The notes below the pieces were generated by a model. That model searched no databases. It saw only the letters and a list, made by a program, of their open reading frames with translations, and was not told the DNA's origin. From Camelus ferus (taxonomy: Eukaryota), in NCBI RefSeq assembly GCF_009834535.1, contig NC_045697.1, positions 27,220,001-27,284,000 on the forward strand: a DNA stretch of 64,000 bases, in the 5' to 3' direction. This document shows positions 12,543-24,587 of this stretch, in pieces (the stretch's first letter is position 1; every line of letters starts with the position of its first letter). The position numbers and the translations under genes were made by a program.

Positions 12543-13261
12543 GGAGAATTCTCTGCAGAGATCTGTCCAGAAAAAAGGAGAATGCACGGTTGTGGGACTT
12601 TGATCAGAGTGATTGTCACCTGAAAGACCCAGCCAGGATGACGGAAAAACACTTGTCTTGAATGATCACTATAAATGAGCAGAAAGGAGAGCTAGCAATA
12701 GAAACTTGAAATGCAAATGTTTGTGCTGGAGATAATTTTAACTCTTTGTTTAGTAAAAGTTACTGTGCATCATGCTCATTATACAACACGTATCTCGCTG
12801 GTTTAAACGTTCCCTGCAGCACAGACATGAGCACATCAACTGAACTAATTCATTGAATGAAGTGCAGTAGCTCAGCTTTTGCTCTTTTGTTGTCAAAACT
12901 GGCAGTCTGGTCTTTCTGTAGCTTTGTTATTTAAAACAAATATTTTCTTACATTTGTTTATCAAATATTTACTGTATATCACTTATACAGTGACTCTGAA
13001 AGAAATGGAGAACACTGACCTTAGCCTACAGCAATTTATATAGATCTGGTTAGAAACCACACAAGAGAGTATGGGCTCAGTGTCAAGGTGAATAATGAAA
13101 CTCGCAAGAACTGTGAGGATTCAGAGAAGACAGAATACAGATTGACTAGAACCATTGGAAACAATTTTGTGTGAGCTGGAGCGATTTGGGCTAGACCTGG
13201 AAAATGTGCACAATTTGACAAGGAGGGAGACTCCTTACAGGTTATTCAACAAATAATTCTT

Positions 13262-13451
13262 TTTTTCTTTTCTTTTTTTAAATTAAAGCATAGTTGAATT
13301 ACAATATTATATTAGTTTCAGGTGTACAACATAGTGGTTCAATATTTTTATAGATTATACTCCATTTCTAGTTATAAAATAATGGCTATATTCCCTGTGC
13401 TGTACAATACATCCTTGTATCTTATTTATTTTATACATAGTAGTTTATACC
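13262..13451 (-). mobile_element. Short L1 3'-end fragment inserted in an L2-like end
   Basis: L1 3' terminal motif gtttcaggtgtacaacatagtg; 16-bp TSD tcaacaaataattctt (13246) / tcaacaaatacttctt (13452). Confidence 0.85.
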
Positions 13452-13635
13452 TCAACAAATACTTCTTGAAGGCCTGCTATGCACTAGGCACTGGGCTAGA
13501 TTCTCAAATATCATGGTGGTGAATGAGAAGCATCTACGTACTGTGCAGCCTCTTGGGCAGTAGGCAGGATGCACGTAGACGTGTGCATACGTAGTGTGTA
13601 AAGGGACCTGCTCCTCACTGTGTGTGTCTCTGCAG

Positions 13636-13765
13636 GATACATGTGCTGCCCTTTTGTTCTGGACAAAGATGGAGTCAGTGCTGCCGTCATAACTGCAGAG
13701 TTGGCTAGCTTTCTAGCAACCAAGAATTTGTCTTTGTCTCAGCAGCTAAAGGCCATTTATATAGA
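13636..13765 (+). CDS. PGM2: PGM2 exon 11 equivalent
   Basis: ctgcag|GA TAC ATG...ATA GA|gtaagt; YMCCPFVLDKDGVSAAVITAELASFLATKNLSLSQQLKAIYI; 130 nt. Confidence 0.97.
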
Positions 13766-14159
13766 GTAAGTTTCTATTAATGCTGTTTAATTGGAGTAAG
13801 CTTTTTATCCATTTCAGATGTACAACATTATGGCTCAGTATACGTCTACATTGTGAAATGATCACAGTAAAGTTAACATGCATCGTCACACATAGTACTA
13901 TTTTATAATGCTTTGCTCTGTCCTTGTGCATGAGATACTGATGTTCTTTCTGATGCTCTTACTTTAGTTACGAATTCTATTTCTTATGAGAACTAGATAA
14001 GAGATCATCTTTTCCTTTTGATACCTAATCACTTAATAGTAATTACCGTTCATGATGACATTAATCCTTAACAAATGAGAAAATTAGTTGCAGAAATGGC
14101 TAATGGAAGAATGCGATTTTAAGTGTCTAATGTCAAAAAAGACTAAATGTGTTCATGAA

Positions 14160-14320
14160 ACGTCTGTTTAGTCTTTATAGCAATTACTCAGCTCTGCCTT
14201 TGTAGTGCAGAAGCAGCCAGACTCAACACGTAAGGTAATGATGTGGCTATTCCACTAATAAAACTTTTACTCAGAAACACTGGCTGAGGGTCAGGCAACA
14301 GTTCAGCAATCCCTGGGGTA
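14160..14320 (+). mobile_element. MER58-like fragment
   Basis: actcagctctgcc...gcagccagac...aataaaactttt. Confidence 0.65.
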
Positions 14321-14483
14321 GATAGTTGGACCTCTTTTTTTTAATCCTAAATTATTCCTTTGAAACTCGTCATGGTTATTTGTGTCATTTATTTTAGAGT
14401 ATACTGGTTGATGACATGTTCAGTGTACACTGTGCAGAATTCTTTGTTCCTTGTTTTGCATGTAATTGTATTTGTATTGATAG

Positions 14484-14673
14484 GTATGGCTACCATATTA
14501 CCAAAGCTTCATATTTTATCTGTCATGATCAAGGCACTGTTAAAAAATTATTTGAAAACCTTAGAAACTACGATGGGAAGAATAATTATCCAAAAACTTG
14601 TGGCAAATTTGAAATTTCTGGCATTAGGGACCTTACAACTGGCTATGATGATAGCCAACCTGATAAAAAAGCT
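14484..14673 (+). CDS. PGM2: PGM2 exon 12 equivalent
   Basis: tgatag|G TAT GGC...AAA GCT|gtaagt; YGYHITKASYFICHDQ...DSQPDKKA; 190 nt. Confidence 0.97.
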
Positions 14674-14926
14674 GTAAGTAATGTCTTTCATCAATTAAAC
14701 TCTTTTTTTATTTACCTTTTATTACACTTTGAATAGCTCAACTTATTTAATCATATAATTAATTGAAGCTGGTTTTAATCATATAATTAACTGAAGCTGG
14801 TTCTTAAGAGTTATTATAAATAAGATGTCAAATTATATAGATATTTAAAAACCATGGACTGAAACTGAAGAGGTTCTTTCTCACTAGTCATCGAGGCCAG
14901 TACTGTCATTTAACACATCAGGAAAC

Positions 14927-15055
14927 CGATACGGTTGGCCCTTGATATCCGTGGGTTTAGTATCCACGGGTTTCACATCCGCGGATACTGAGGGTCAATT
15001 TTACTGTGATATTTTATATAAGGCACTTGAGCATCCATGGATTTTGTTGAGCACC
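14927..15055 (-). mobile_element. TcMar-Tigger (MER2/Tigger3-like) fragment
   Basis: Minus strand reads aaaatccatggatgctcaagtgccttatataaaat; repeated atccgcgg/atccacgg motifs. Confidence 0.7.
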
Positions 15056-16785
15056 ATCATCCCTTCATTCAGGAACTGGTGGGGGCCTGCTGTGTGTTGC
15101 CTACAGGGGTATGGACGCCATACTCACTCAGTCCTTTCCGTGCAACTTACTTTGTTCTCTATGGGAAGATAGTGGGAACTTCCTGCTAAACTTTGGGTTC
15201 TAGAAGTTCAGCCATGTGCTTTAGTATGGGTCTCTTTTCATTCATTTCTTTGGACACTTGGTTTGTCTTTGTTGGTCAGTGGAGTCATTTCTTTTGGTTC
15301 TGAGAAGTTTTCTTAATTTTATATTGAAGGAGGCTGGATGGTTGTACTTCAAGCATTTTCTGTTCTCCCCTTCTCGACAAGTTCTTAGATGCTGACTCTT
15401 CAGGAGCGATGTTCTACTTTCTGTGTTTCTTTCTTCCCTCTGTCCATCTGTATCTTCTTTTCCTACTTTTGGGGAGATGACCTCAACAGTAACTTTCAGT
15501 GCTTCTGTTGGCTATGTCAGCTCTTTTTCTCTAATTTATTAAAAATAACATCCCATTCTTGTTTCATGTATATCATATCTTATCTCTTAAGGATATTAAT
15601 TATAGCTTTTTTAAAAGGCAGATCTTTTTTCCTCTGTACTGTCTTTATATATATTATTGTTATTGTTATTATTATGATGATGTTGGTTTGGACTTTGTCT
15701 TTTGTCTTCCCCAAAGTCTGTTAATCCTTAATTGTACTTTGGGCCCTAAAAAACTGGTTGGAGTCTCTTTATACATGTGGAAGGCATTGCCAAAGCATTG
15801 ACCACACTGCACTCTAGGGAGATTGTATTTGGGGAGAGAGGATCTGGGGAAGCCTCAGTCTCACCCTAAGCTCCTGCCCAAGGGCTATAAGTTGGGATGC
15901 TGAGGTCCCAGAAGTAATGGAGAGGTGCTGCAGGCCGGAGGGGAGGGCTGCGAGCACTCAGTGTGGACTCTGACTTAGTCTCAGTTTTCTCCATGCCCTG
16001 CCCTCCATGGTGCCATGTCACCAACTCCTGAGCCCTTCTGGTTCAGTTACACCAGGGATTTAAACCGTCTCCTGATGAGGTAGTTGCCTGACCGTGTGGG
16101 CAGAGGGTGAGGATCTGGGAGGGTCTAATAGCTCCTTTCAAATACTACCTTTGTCTCACCCCTGCAGTACTGGGTGCCCCAGGTGGTGAGCTTTGCAGGC
16201 TCTGCAGAGCATGCTGACTCGGTTCTGTCTGCCTGCCACCAGGGCTCCGCTCTTGTCCCGTGTTCCATTAGGTCATTTCCCTCTGGTTTCTGACTTCCAC
16301 GATTGGTTGGCAGCTCTGTCAGCTGCTGTTACCTCTTTGCACTTGTGTGTTTTTTGTTTTCTAATGCCTCAGTCATTTCAGTGGGGTTTGGAAAGCAATC
16401 AGTACATCTTCTAGAAGCTCTTGACAGTGAAATAAGTCTAATGTTTTGTGTGGTTTTGGTAATGCATTATTAATCTGTTTTAAGCAATTTTTTGGTGAAA
16501 TGTGTTTCAATTTTAGTAAACCTTATGTAACTTCAGTAGAACTAGGGAGGTAAAATGCTAGTGTACAGAGTTACTTAATTTTCACAAATTGCCTTATCAT
16601 CATTATTATTATTCATTTATTTCATTTATATGGAGTACATTTTCTGTTTTCCTCAAAAATGTTCTCTTCAAACCAGTGTATTTGTTTTGCATTTACTTTC
16701 TTGCTTATCCAGGGGGAAATATCGCTTAGGTGAGAGCAGCTTATGTTACTGCTTAAAGTTATGACATGTGTAAATTAATTCCTAG

Positions 16786-16919
16786 GTTCTCCCTACCAGT
16801 AAACGCAGCCAAATGATCACCTTTACCTTTGCTAATGGAGGCGTGGCCACCATTCGGACCAGTGGGACAGAGCCCAAAATCAAGTACTATTCAGAATTGT
16901 GCGCCCCCCCTGGAAATAG
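16786..16919 (+). CDS. PGM2: PGM2 exon 13 equivalent, containing the phosphate-binding loop [10 protein letters not shown]
   Basis: tcctag|GTT CTC...AAT AG|gtatgc; [44 protein letters not shown]; 134 nt. Confidence 0.97.
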
Positions 16920-17576
16920 GTATGCTATGGATGGCAGCCACTGTGATTTTTATTCCCTAAACTTCCTAAAATCAACACTAAGTAAAATATTTCATCTTTC
17001 CAATATGTGGTTTAATTAGGAATGTTGTTTCAGAACCTGCCACGGTATTGTGATATTAACAGCTGCTTGAAGTGTCCAGGGACAAGAGAGCTTACTTCCT
17101 GCTTAACTACTTCCTTCTCTCCTAACTTTCCTTGTACGGGAAAATTTAATTCTTGATTTCAGTAATAGTCATAAAATTTCCTTTTTAAGTACTTTTTATT
17201 TGAGGCTAGCAACAATGAGATTTTCTCTTTCTCTCTGCATCTCTGATACAATAATTTAAACTCCATTATCTTGGAGCACCTCTTGTGTGTAAGTCATGCC
17301 AGGTCCTGGGGCAGATAAAGACCCACGTGAGAAAGAGCCCTTGACACCAAAGGGCTGATGGTCTGCTAGCTTCAGTGTCATGTTTTGTCACCTTGGTAAA
17401 GGGTTTGAGTCGGTCCTTTCCAACACCTGTAACATTTTGAACTTTGCCAGCCGTCTACATGTAGTTAGCACATGTAAATGTGATGTTGCATACCTATTTA
17501 ACACTCACTTAACTAACACTTCTGTATGTAGAATACAGTTAAGAAAACAGGAAATTTTTTTAAAGATGAATTAAGT

Positions 17577-18876
17577 CAGCGCTGTCCAACAGAAATAAAT
17601 GTAAGCTCCATATAAAACAAAAAATGTAAGCCCCATATGCAATTTGAAATTTTCTCCTACATAAGTTTAAATAGTGAAAAGAAAGAGGTATAAATAATTT
17701 TAATAATACATTTAACTTGGTATATTAAATATTAACATTACAACTAAGTGTGTTAAATATTAACATAACATGTAGTCATTATAAAAATTATTAATGAGTT
17801 TTTAATTGAAGTATAGTTGATTTACAACGTTGTATTAGTTTCAGGTGTACAACAAAGTGGTTCAGTTATACATTATGTATATATATATACTTTTTCAGAC
17901 TCTTTTCCATTATAGGTTATTGCAAGATATTGAATATAGTTCCCTACTGTAGGTCTTTGTTGTTTATCTGTTTTATATGTAGGAGTGTGTATAAATTAAT
18001 CCCAAACTCCTAATTTCTGCACCCCCCCCCCATTATCCTCTTTGGTAACCATACATTTGTTTTCATTGTTACTGGTTTGTAAATAAATTCATATTTTAGA
18101 TTCCACATATAAGTGATATCATATTGATACTTGTCTTTGTCTGACTTACTTCACTTAATATGGTAATCTCTAGGTCCATCCATGTTGCTGCTAAAAGCAT
18201 GATTTCATTCCTTTTTATGGCTGAATAATATTCCATTGTGTATGTATATATACACACACACACACATACACACACCATGTCTTTATCCAGTCATCTGTTT
18301 TTGGACATTTAGGCTTGGCTGTTGTAGATAGTGCTGCGATGAACATTGAGGTGCATGTGTCTTTTCAAATTAGAGTTTTCTCTGGATATATGCCCAGACA
18401 TGGGATTGCTGGATCATGTGGTAACTCAATCTTTAGTTTTTTTAAGGAACCTCCATACTGTTCTCTGTAGTAGCTGCACCAATTTACATTCCCACCAGCT
18501 GTATAGGAGAGTCCCCTTTTCTATCAATGAGATATTTTAAATTCTTTTTTTCTCACTAATTCTTCAAAATCTGTATAGTATTTTATACTTACCACATATC
18601 TCAAATTCAAATGCTATTTTTTTTTTGGAAATACTTGATCTGTATTTAGATTTCATAAAACTTAGATAAATTTCATGAAAAAGTAGATTTTGACACCCAA
18701 GTTGTTGCAAACATACCCAGGTTTTCCAATACTGAATCAAGTACCAGTTTTAAAATTTGAATTTCAATTAATTAAACTGAAATGAAATTAAAAATTCAGT
18801 TCCTCAGTTATACTAGCCTCATTTCAAGTGCACCATATCCGTGTGTGGCTAACGGCAGCTGTAGCAGACAGCGCAG
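17577..18876 (+). mobile_element. MER33-like hAT-Charlie element interrupted by an L1
   Basis: Ends cagcgctgtccaa...gacagcgcag; consensus-like ttaatgag|atatttt is split by the L1. Confidence 0.8.
17799..18521 (-). mobile_element. 5'-truncated L1 (ORF2 end and 3' UTR)
   Basis: [14 protein letters not shown]...MISLICGI* on minus strand; TSD tattaatgag/tatcaatgag. Confidence 0.92.
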
Positions 18877-20197
18877 GTCTGGGGTTCTAGCAACACGTAC
18901 GCACCAAAGCTTTGTTCACAGGGTTTTCTAGCTTATGAATCACATTTACACTATGTGCAAATAAGAGCAGAGGAAAATTTCTGAGCATCTTAAATCAGCA
19001 AGCCAACAGCGGATTAAATGTAGTAGATTAGAGGGGCAGGGAAGACTTGTTGCAGTTGGCCTTTCCTCAGGCAGGGAGAAGTCAGTGCTGTTAGCAAAGC
19101 AAGAAATATTAAAACAGAACAAAAACTACAAAACACGGATACAAGAACTCAGAGTGTTCACCTCCAGGGGAGTTTATCATAAAGGAAATAGCAATCCACA
19201 CCCAAATGGGCCCTGAATTTTCTTCTGAATAAGAGCTCCATTCCAACAGTCATGATTGTGGCTCTCAGACAGCATGATATTCAGATAGTATATTTAAGAA
19301 GTCATGGGACTGTGTAATGTATTTCATCACAGATTCCCATTCAATACTTTTTTGTGCTTAAAAGACAAAAACTCAACTATTAAGCCACTTGAATAAACCC
19401 ATAAAAGAGCTTGTTTTCTAAGCATTCTGGATCACCGATATTTTATTGTAATATTGTGCAAGTATCAGTGTTTCATGTGTGTTATATAATAAGCTATTTA
19501 CTCTTACATTGAGTATGACTTTCCATAAATATTTCTTTGTAATTCTCATTCTCACTTATGTTTTCATATTTCTGTGCCTCATTCTTTTGAAAACAAATGG
19601 ACATGAGTCCAACTTAAAAGATCTCTTTTCTCTGTATCTTTGTTTTTTCCTCTTTGTTATCCTGTGAAAATATATGTAATATTTCGGAAAACTTTCCTTT
19701 ATAATAACAACATAGCTTACTTTTTAAGGATCTATGGTATTTGCATTTTTCACATGGATTTAGATTCAAATATTAATTTATAAATTGCTGAAAGCACTTT
19801 GAAAATTTGTCCTTTTATTATATTCATTGAAATGTTGCTCCCAGTGATTAAATGGGACATTAGGCCCTATGTCGGTCCACGGATGTGTCATCAGGGCTCA
19901 AGACATCAGCATACCTAACGCGTGACAGCAGTAAAGCCATGGTTCAGGTTTTTCTTATTTTCCAATGACCTTAAATATTATTAACATATTTTATATCATG
20001 AATTTCATTCATTCATAGAAGTCCACACTACTAATCCTTTAGAATGGAAAATCCTTTTCAAATATAAGTAGTTTTAAAAAAATATTTTTTGCTGGGGTTG
20101 ATGTCTTTAGTTTCATCCAACTTTTTATTGTGAAAAATGTCAGGCCTGTAGAAATGTAGAAATAATGCGGTGAATACCCACATACCCAACACTTAGA

Positions 20198-20400
20198 CTA
20201 GGGGTAGGGAAACTTTTTCTGTGAAGAGTCAGATGGTAACTGTTTTAGGGTTTGCAGACCATATGGTCCTTGCTGGAACCACTCAGCTCTGCTGTTGTAG
20301 CAGGAAGGCAGCCACAGACATGAAAGAATGAGTGTGGCTGTGTCCCAATAAAACTTTATTTACAAAAGCAGGCCACACACCATAGTTTGCCTCCCCCAAC
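20198..20400 (+). mobile_element. MER58A-like MITE
   Basis: aggggtagggaaactttttctgtgaag...aataaaactttatttacaaaa...tagtttgcc. Confidence 0.85.
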
Positions 20401-20814
20401 CTGGTCTCAGCAATTGCTGACATTTTTCAATATTTGCTCTCCTCACCATATATATTATAGATTTGGGTTTGTTTTTTTGTTTGTTTTCTGAGCCATTTGA
20501 AAGTAAGTCATAGGCTTCAGTACTCATCTCCTAAGAACAAGGATGTTCTTCTACTATAAAATTTAGGTAATAATTATATCAGGCAGGGTTCTAATAAAGA
20601 AACAAAACCAGCAGGAGATACAAAGTAAATTCATTGATGAGTTTTACTGTTATGTATATTGGGTTTTTAAAAAAAAAAGTAATTTTAGTTAAGTGCTTTC
20701 CTCAGAACTGTTATTTTCTTCAAAGCATATTTATGGAGAAGGGGGAAAAGACCTGTGTGATTCATATATATTTATGAAGCATAATTACTTTATATGTTAC
20801 CATTGGGGATAAAA

Positions 20815-21020
20815 AATAATTACAATGATAGCTACATTTATTGAGGTTTTTGGGCCAGGTTCTGTGCTAATTGCTTTATATAATTTATCTCAACCTATAC
20901 AACAACTCTCTTGAGAAGATAAAGACTTTATCTCAGTTTTACAAATGAAGAATCTGGGACTTTGAGAAGCTAAGTCACTTGCCCAAGGGCACACAGGCAG
21001 TAAGAAGTAGTCAAGCCAGA
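20815..21020 (-). mobile_element. MIR SINE
   Basis: atagctacattttattgag...ttttacaaatgaagaa...aagtcacttgcccaagggcacacag. Confidence 0.8.
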
Positions 21021-21554
21021 ATTAATGTTGATAATAAAACGATTGTTTTAGTGGTACTGGTTAACTATTACAGTACAAAAATGATCTTAATGATTTACAG
21101 GGATTGCCCTTTCCATTAAAATTGAGTTTGTATATATTAAAGATGGTGAAGTATGAAGTAATGAAAGTTTGAATGGAAGGAGTTAGTATTTTCATTCAGC
21201 TTTTTGATTTTAGGTATCATAGTAACTCACATCACACTAGTAGCCTAATGAATTAGACACCTCCCTCACTACCAGTCTGTTTTATTCCAATTGTTTGCAT
21301 ATAAATGAATGTTTTCCACATGCTTGAGAACTTGATTTCCTTAAAGGAGTCTAGCCCCCTAGATTTTTGTTTATACAGATTTTGTTATATAGATTTTTGT
21401 TCCTGAGATAGAATAAAAAAGATAAACAGGGAGTCTGAGTTCCAGCTGAGTGACCAGCAAGCCCACTAGGAGGCTCCCCATCTCCGTCCTAGGAAGGCCT
21501 TACCAGGAGCTGTCGCCTAGGTTCCAGTAGTCGAAGACAAACAGGGTCAGGAAT

Positions 21555-21693
21555 GGGGAGGGGATAGCTCAGTGGTAGAGTACATGCTTAGCATGCACGA
21601 GGCCCTGGGTTCAAGCCCCAGGACTTCCAGTAAAAATAAATAAATACATAAGCCTAATGACACTCCCACCACCACCAAAACAAACAAACAAAC
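21555..21693 (+). mobile_element. tRNA-Ala-derived SINE (Vic-1-like), long form
   Basis: A/B boxes, cttagcatg (AGC) loop, (CAAA)n tail, TSD aacagggtcaggaa/aacaggatcaggaa. Confidence 0.93.
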
Positions 21694-22106
21694 AACAGGA
21701 TCAGGAACATCCGTATCCTGGGAGACCGAGGACACACTGGGGATGTCATTTGTAAAAGTTTAGCAGGATTTAATGACACCTGGAGTCGTGAAAATTGTCT
21801 CAGCTCTGTTAGGTATAGACATTGCAGAGCTTTTACAGATGCCAGGCCACAAATTGTGTTTCTTAAAAATTCTTACGAGAAGTGCAAAGGGATGGTTTTG
21901 TTTATAGTACTTTGGGGAGAATAATATTGTTTCATGGGGCTTTTTGTCCGCGTCACCAGATACATTCCCATGCTTAAGTAGTTGGAGTTTTGTCTGATTT
22001 AGCCCTCCACTCAAGGTTAAATATCAATGCTACTTGGTCTGTGTGGGGAGTCTTTAAGCTTTGGAATAATCCACTGATCTGGAATTTCTTCCGCCTTATT
22101 TTGCAG

Positions 22107-22209
22107 TGATCCTGAGCAGCTGAAGAGAGAACTAAATGAACTAGTCAGTGCTATTGAAGAACATTTTTTCCAGCCACAAAAGTATAACCTGCAGCCAAAA
22201 GGAGAGTGA
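22107..22209 (+). CDS. PGM2: PGM2 last coding exon, ending at TGA
   Basis: ttgcag|T GAT CCT GAG...GGA GAG TGA; DPEQLKRELNELVSAIEEHFFQPQKYNLQPKGE*; the 12 exons total 1590 nt and stay in frame. Confidence 0.97.
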
Positions 22210-23470
22210 AATATCCCAGCCTTGGACATGATTGTGTTTACCTACAATGAAGCTGAGCTTGATTTCTTAAGCAGTATTTTCAAGGGCCAAATAATTTAAG
22301 CTATTGCTACAAGTATTTATATTTTTGTAATAGAACTACATTCCTCCTTGTTTTATGTTGGAACTTTAAGGCAAATAAAGAAAGATGACCAAATCTAATA
22401 AGCCAACATTCCTACTAAAAGGCTGAGCCTGAGCAGCATCTGAATTTTAAAAATGAAGATTTTAAAAATAACTTTCAAAAATATATCATAATTAATATAC
22501 TTTCATTAGAATAAATACCAAATATGTTTCTTTTCTAAAATCCATTTTATGTATAATTGAAATAGCCAGAAGGCCTATACAGTTACTAAATTCTGGGCTG
22601 TCTTATCTAGGGTAGCCACTTTTACATATATGTATATTTACATTTTGATCATTTGCTTATAAAATTAGTGAATGAACAGATCAAATGTTGTGTTTAGGGA
22701 AAATACAATTTATAGGAACCTTTAAAGTGGAGCAGAAGATACTTTAAAAAGATAAGGTTTTTTGATTTAAAACTTTTTAGTTCTAATAATGCACCATTGT
22801 ACATCATGTATGTGCTAGGGAAAAATAGCTTAACAATCTATGTTCAGTATGTTAACATTCCTTTTATCTCTTTAAATCTTGAATCAAACAGTTGGTTATG
22901 TGAAACTTGCAGAGTAGATTATTGCGGTTTTTTGCGTTAGCACAACTTAATGTAATTCTTAGTCCAAAGGCAGCAAGAAGTAACTGCAGTAACTACCTGA
23001 CCTTGATTTTTCTTTTTGCCTTTTTGTCTTATGTTATCACACTGTAAAACCAGACTTTTCCAGGTTCATTATTTAATCCGTGCCTTCTACCCTCCTAACT
23101 GATGGCCTTATAACCTTCCAGAATGACGCCCACTGAGTACCCATGACCTAGGACCAAAGTGTTCTTTATATACTTTTTATATTGTATGTGATTTTTTTTT
23201 ATTTTTCAAGGAAATGATTGCCCATTATTATTAACTTAAATGGTTATTAACAGTTTCAGAACGAGGAAAAATTACAGTACTATTGACAATTATGCTAATG
23301 TAAAGGAAAGAATATTTGTATACCCCACTGACACACCGTGTGCGCCCTCCCAGGACTCTTACATCTACAACATTCAGTATAGTCAGTCGGCTGCTTCGTT
23401 GTAGAAGCCATATTTATTTTTGTTTGATAATATCTTCTAGTCTTAAACTGTACTCTGGAAAAAAGAAATG
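22210..23470 (+). other. PGM2: PGM2 3' UTR (AT-rich; 3' end approximate)
   Basis: AT-rich sequence with no recognised repeats after the stop; AATAAA at 22374-22379 and 22510-22515; composition changes near 23500. Confidence 0.55.
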
Positions 23471-24075
23471 TTAGATCTTTGGCCTTTCTCCAGACATTTT
23501 TTTTAGCACAAAAACTACCCCATGACAGAGTTTGTTTCTGGAAATGTGAAGGTGATTAAGACCCAGTCCTGCTTGATGGAGCTCAGGGTCTAACTGGGGG
23601 GCTAGTGAGTAACTAGAGTACAGATTCTGTAACAGAGTCATTTGCAAAGGACTCAGGCTTGAGAATTGTGAGAGAGGGATTCATTCTGCCCAGAGGAGTA
23701 ACCAGCACCTGGAGATGGAGGGGAATGTCTTGTGGGCACAGAGCACAGCATTAGCAAAAGCCTAGAGGTGCTGGCACGTGTGGTGGGAGAGGGAGGAGGA
23801 GAGATGGTAAAAACGGAACCCAGATGTAAACTTCAGGGCCTGCGCCACTTCTCTGCCACTCACATGAGCCATTCAGTTGGACCTAGAGGAGAGCCTCCTG
23901 TATTTCTCACTATTTCTTCAACTTTTTCTTGTTATTATGGGAAGCAGGGTAGCAACATGTGGTGTGTAAAACTTGCAAGAGAAGGCCCCAGCATTCTATC
24001 TAATCTTGGTCCATTCTGAACCAGCTCTGTGACCATGGTCAGGTCACCTAACCTCTCGGTCTCAATTTTGTTATT

Positions 24076-24480
24076 TTTTAAAGACTTTGTTAATTTTGTA
24101 AGGTAGTTCTAGGTTCACAGAAAAATTGAGAGGAAGATACAGAGATTTCCCATATCCTCCCTTCCCCCGCACAGGCACAGCCTCCCCCCTTATCAACACC
24201 CCCCGACTAGAGTGGTGCATTTGTTACTACTGATGAACCTAAATTAACACGTTGTTATCCTCTAAACTCTGGAGACAAGAAAAAGGATCAGTGATTGCCA
24301 GGGCTTAAGGGGGAGGGAGGGATGAACAGGCAGAGCACAGAGGATTTTTATGTCAGTAAAAAAACTTTTATGTATGATACTGTAATAATGAATCCATGTC
24401 ATTATACATTTGTCCTAATCCACAAAATGTACAACAGCAAGAGTGAACCGTAATGTAAACTATAGACTTTGCGTGATAAT
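24076..24480 (-). mobile_element. L1MC1-like 3' end with an inverted 5' segment, inserted in a MIR
   Basis: About 24076-24262 minus, about 24265-24480 plus; TSD aattttgttatt/aattttgtcatt. Confidence 0.8.
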
Positions 24481-24587
24481 TTTGTCATTAGAATGAAGGA
24501 TAATTTTGTCGTTAGAATGAAGAGATTTTACTAAATGGTCTCTGAGGCCAAGAATGAAGAGATTTTACTAAATGGTCTCTGAGGCCA
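24475..24587. repeat. Two overlapping tandem duplications (24 bp x2, 37 bp x2)
   Basis: 24475-24522 has 1 mismatch; 24514-24587 is perfect. Confidence 0.97.

Noticed and set aside
21555..21630. Possible tRNA-Ala(AGC) gene (also 58339 and 52298)
   Set aside because: A-rich tails, TSDs and broken stems indicate SINE copies
510..22209. U12-type introns or disablements in PGM2
   Set aside because: All donors are GT without the GTATCCT signature, and the spliced frame is intact
24475..24587. CRISPR-like 37-bp direct repeats
   Set aside because: Only two adjacent copies, no spacers, mammalian context
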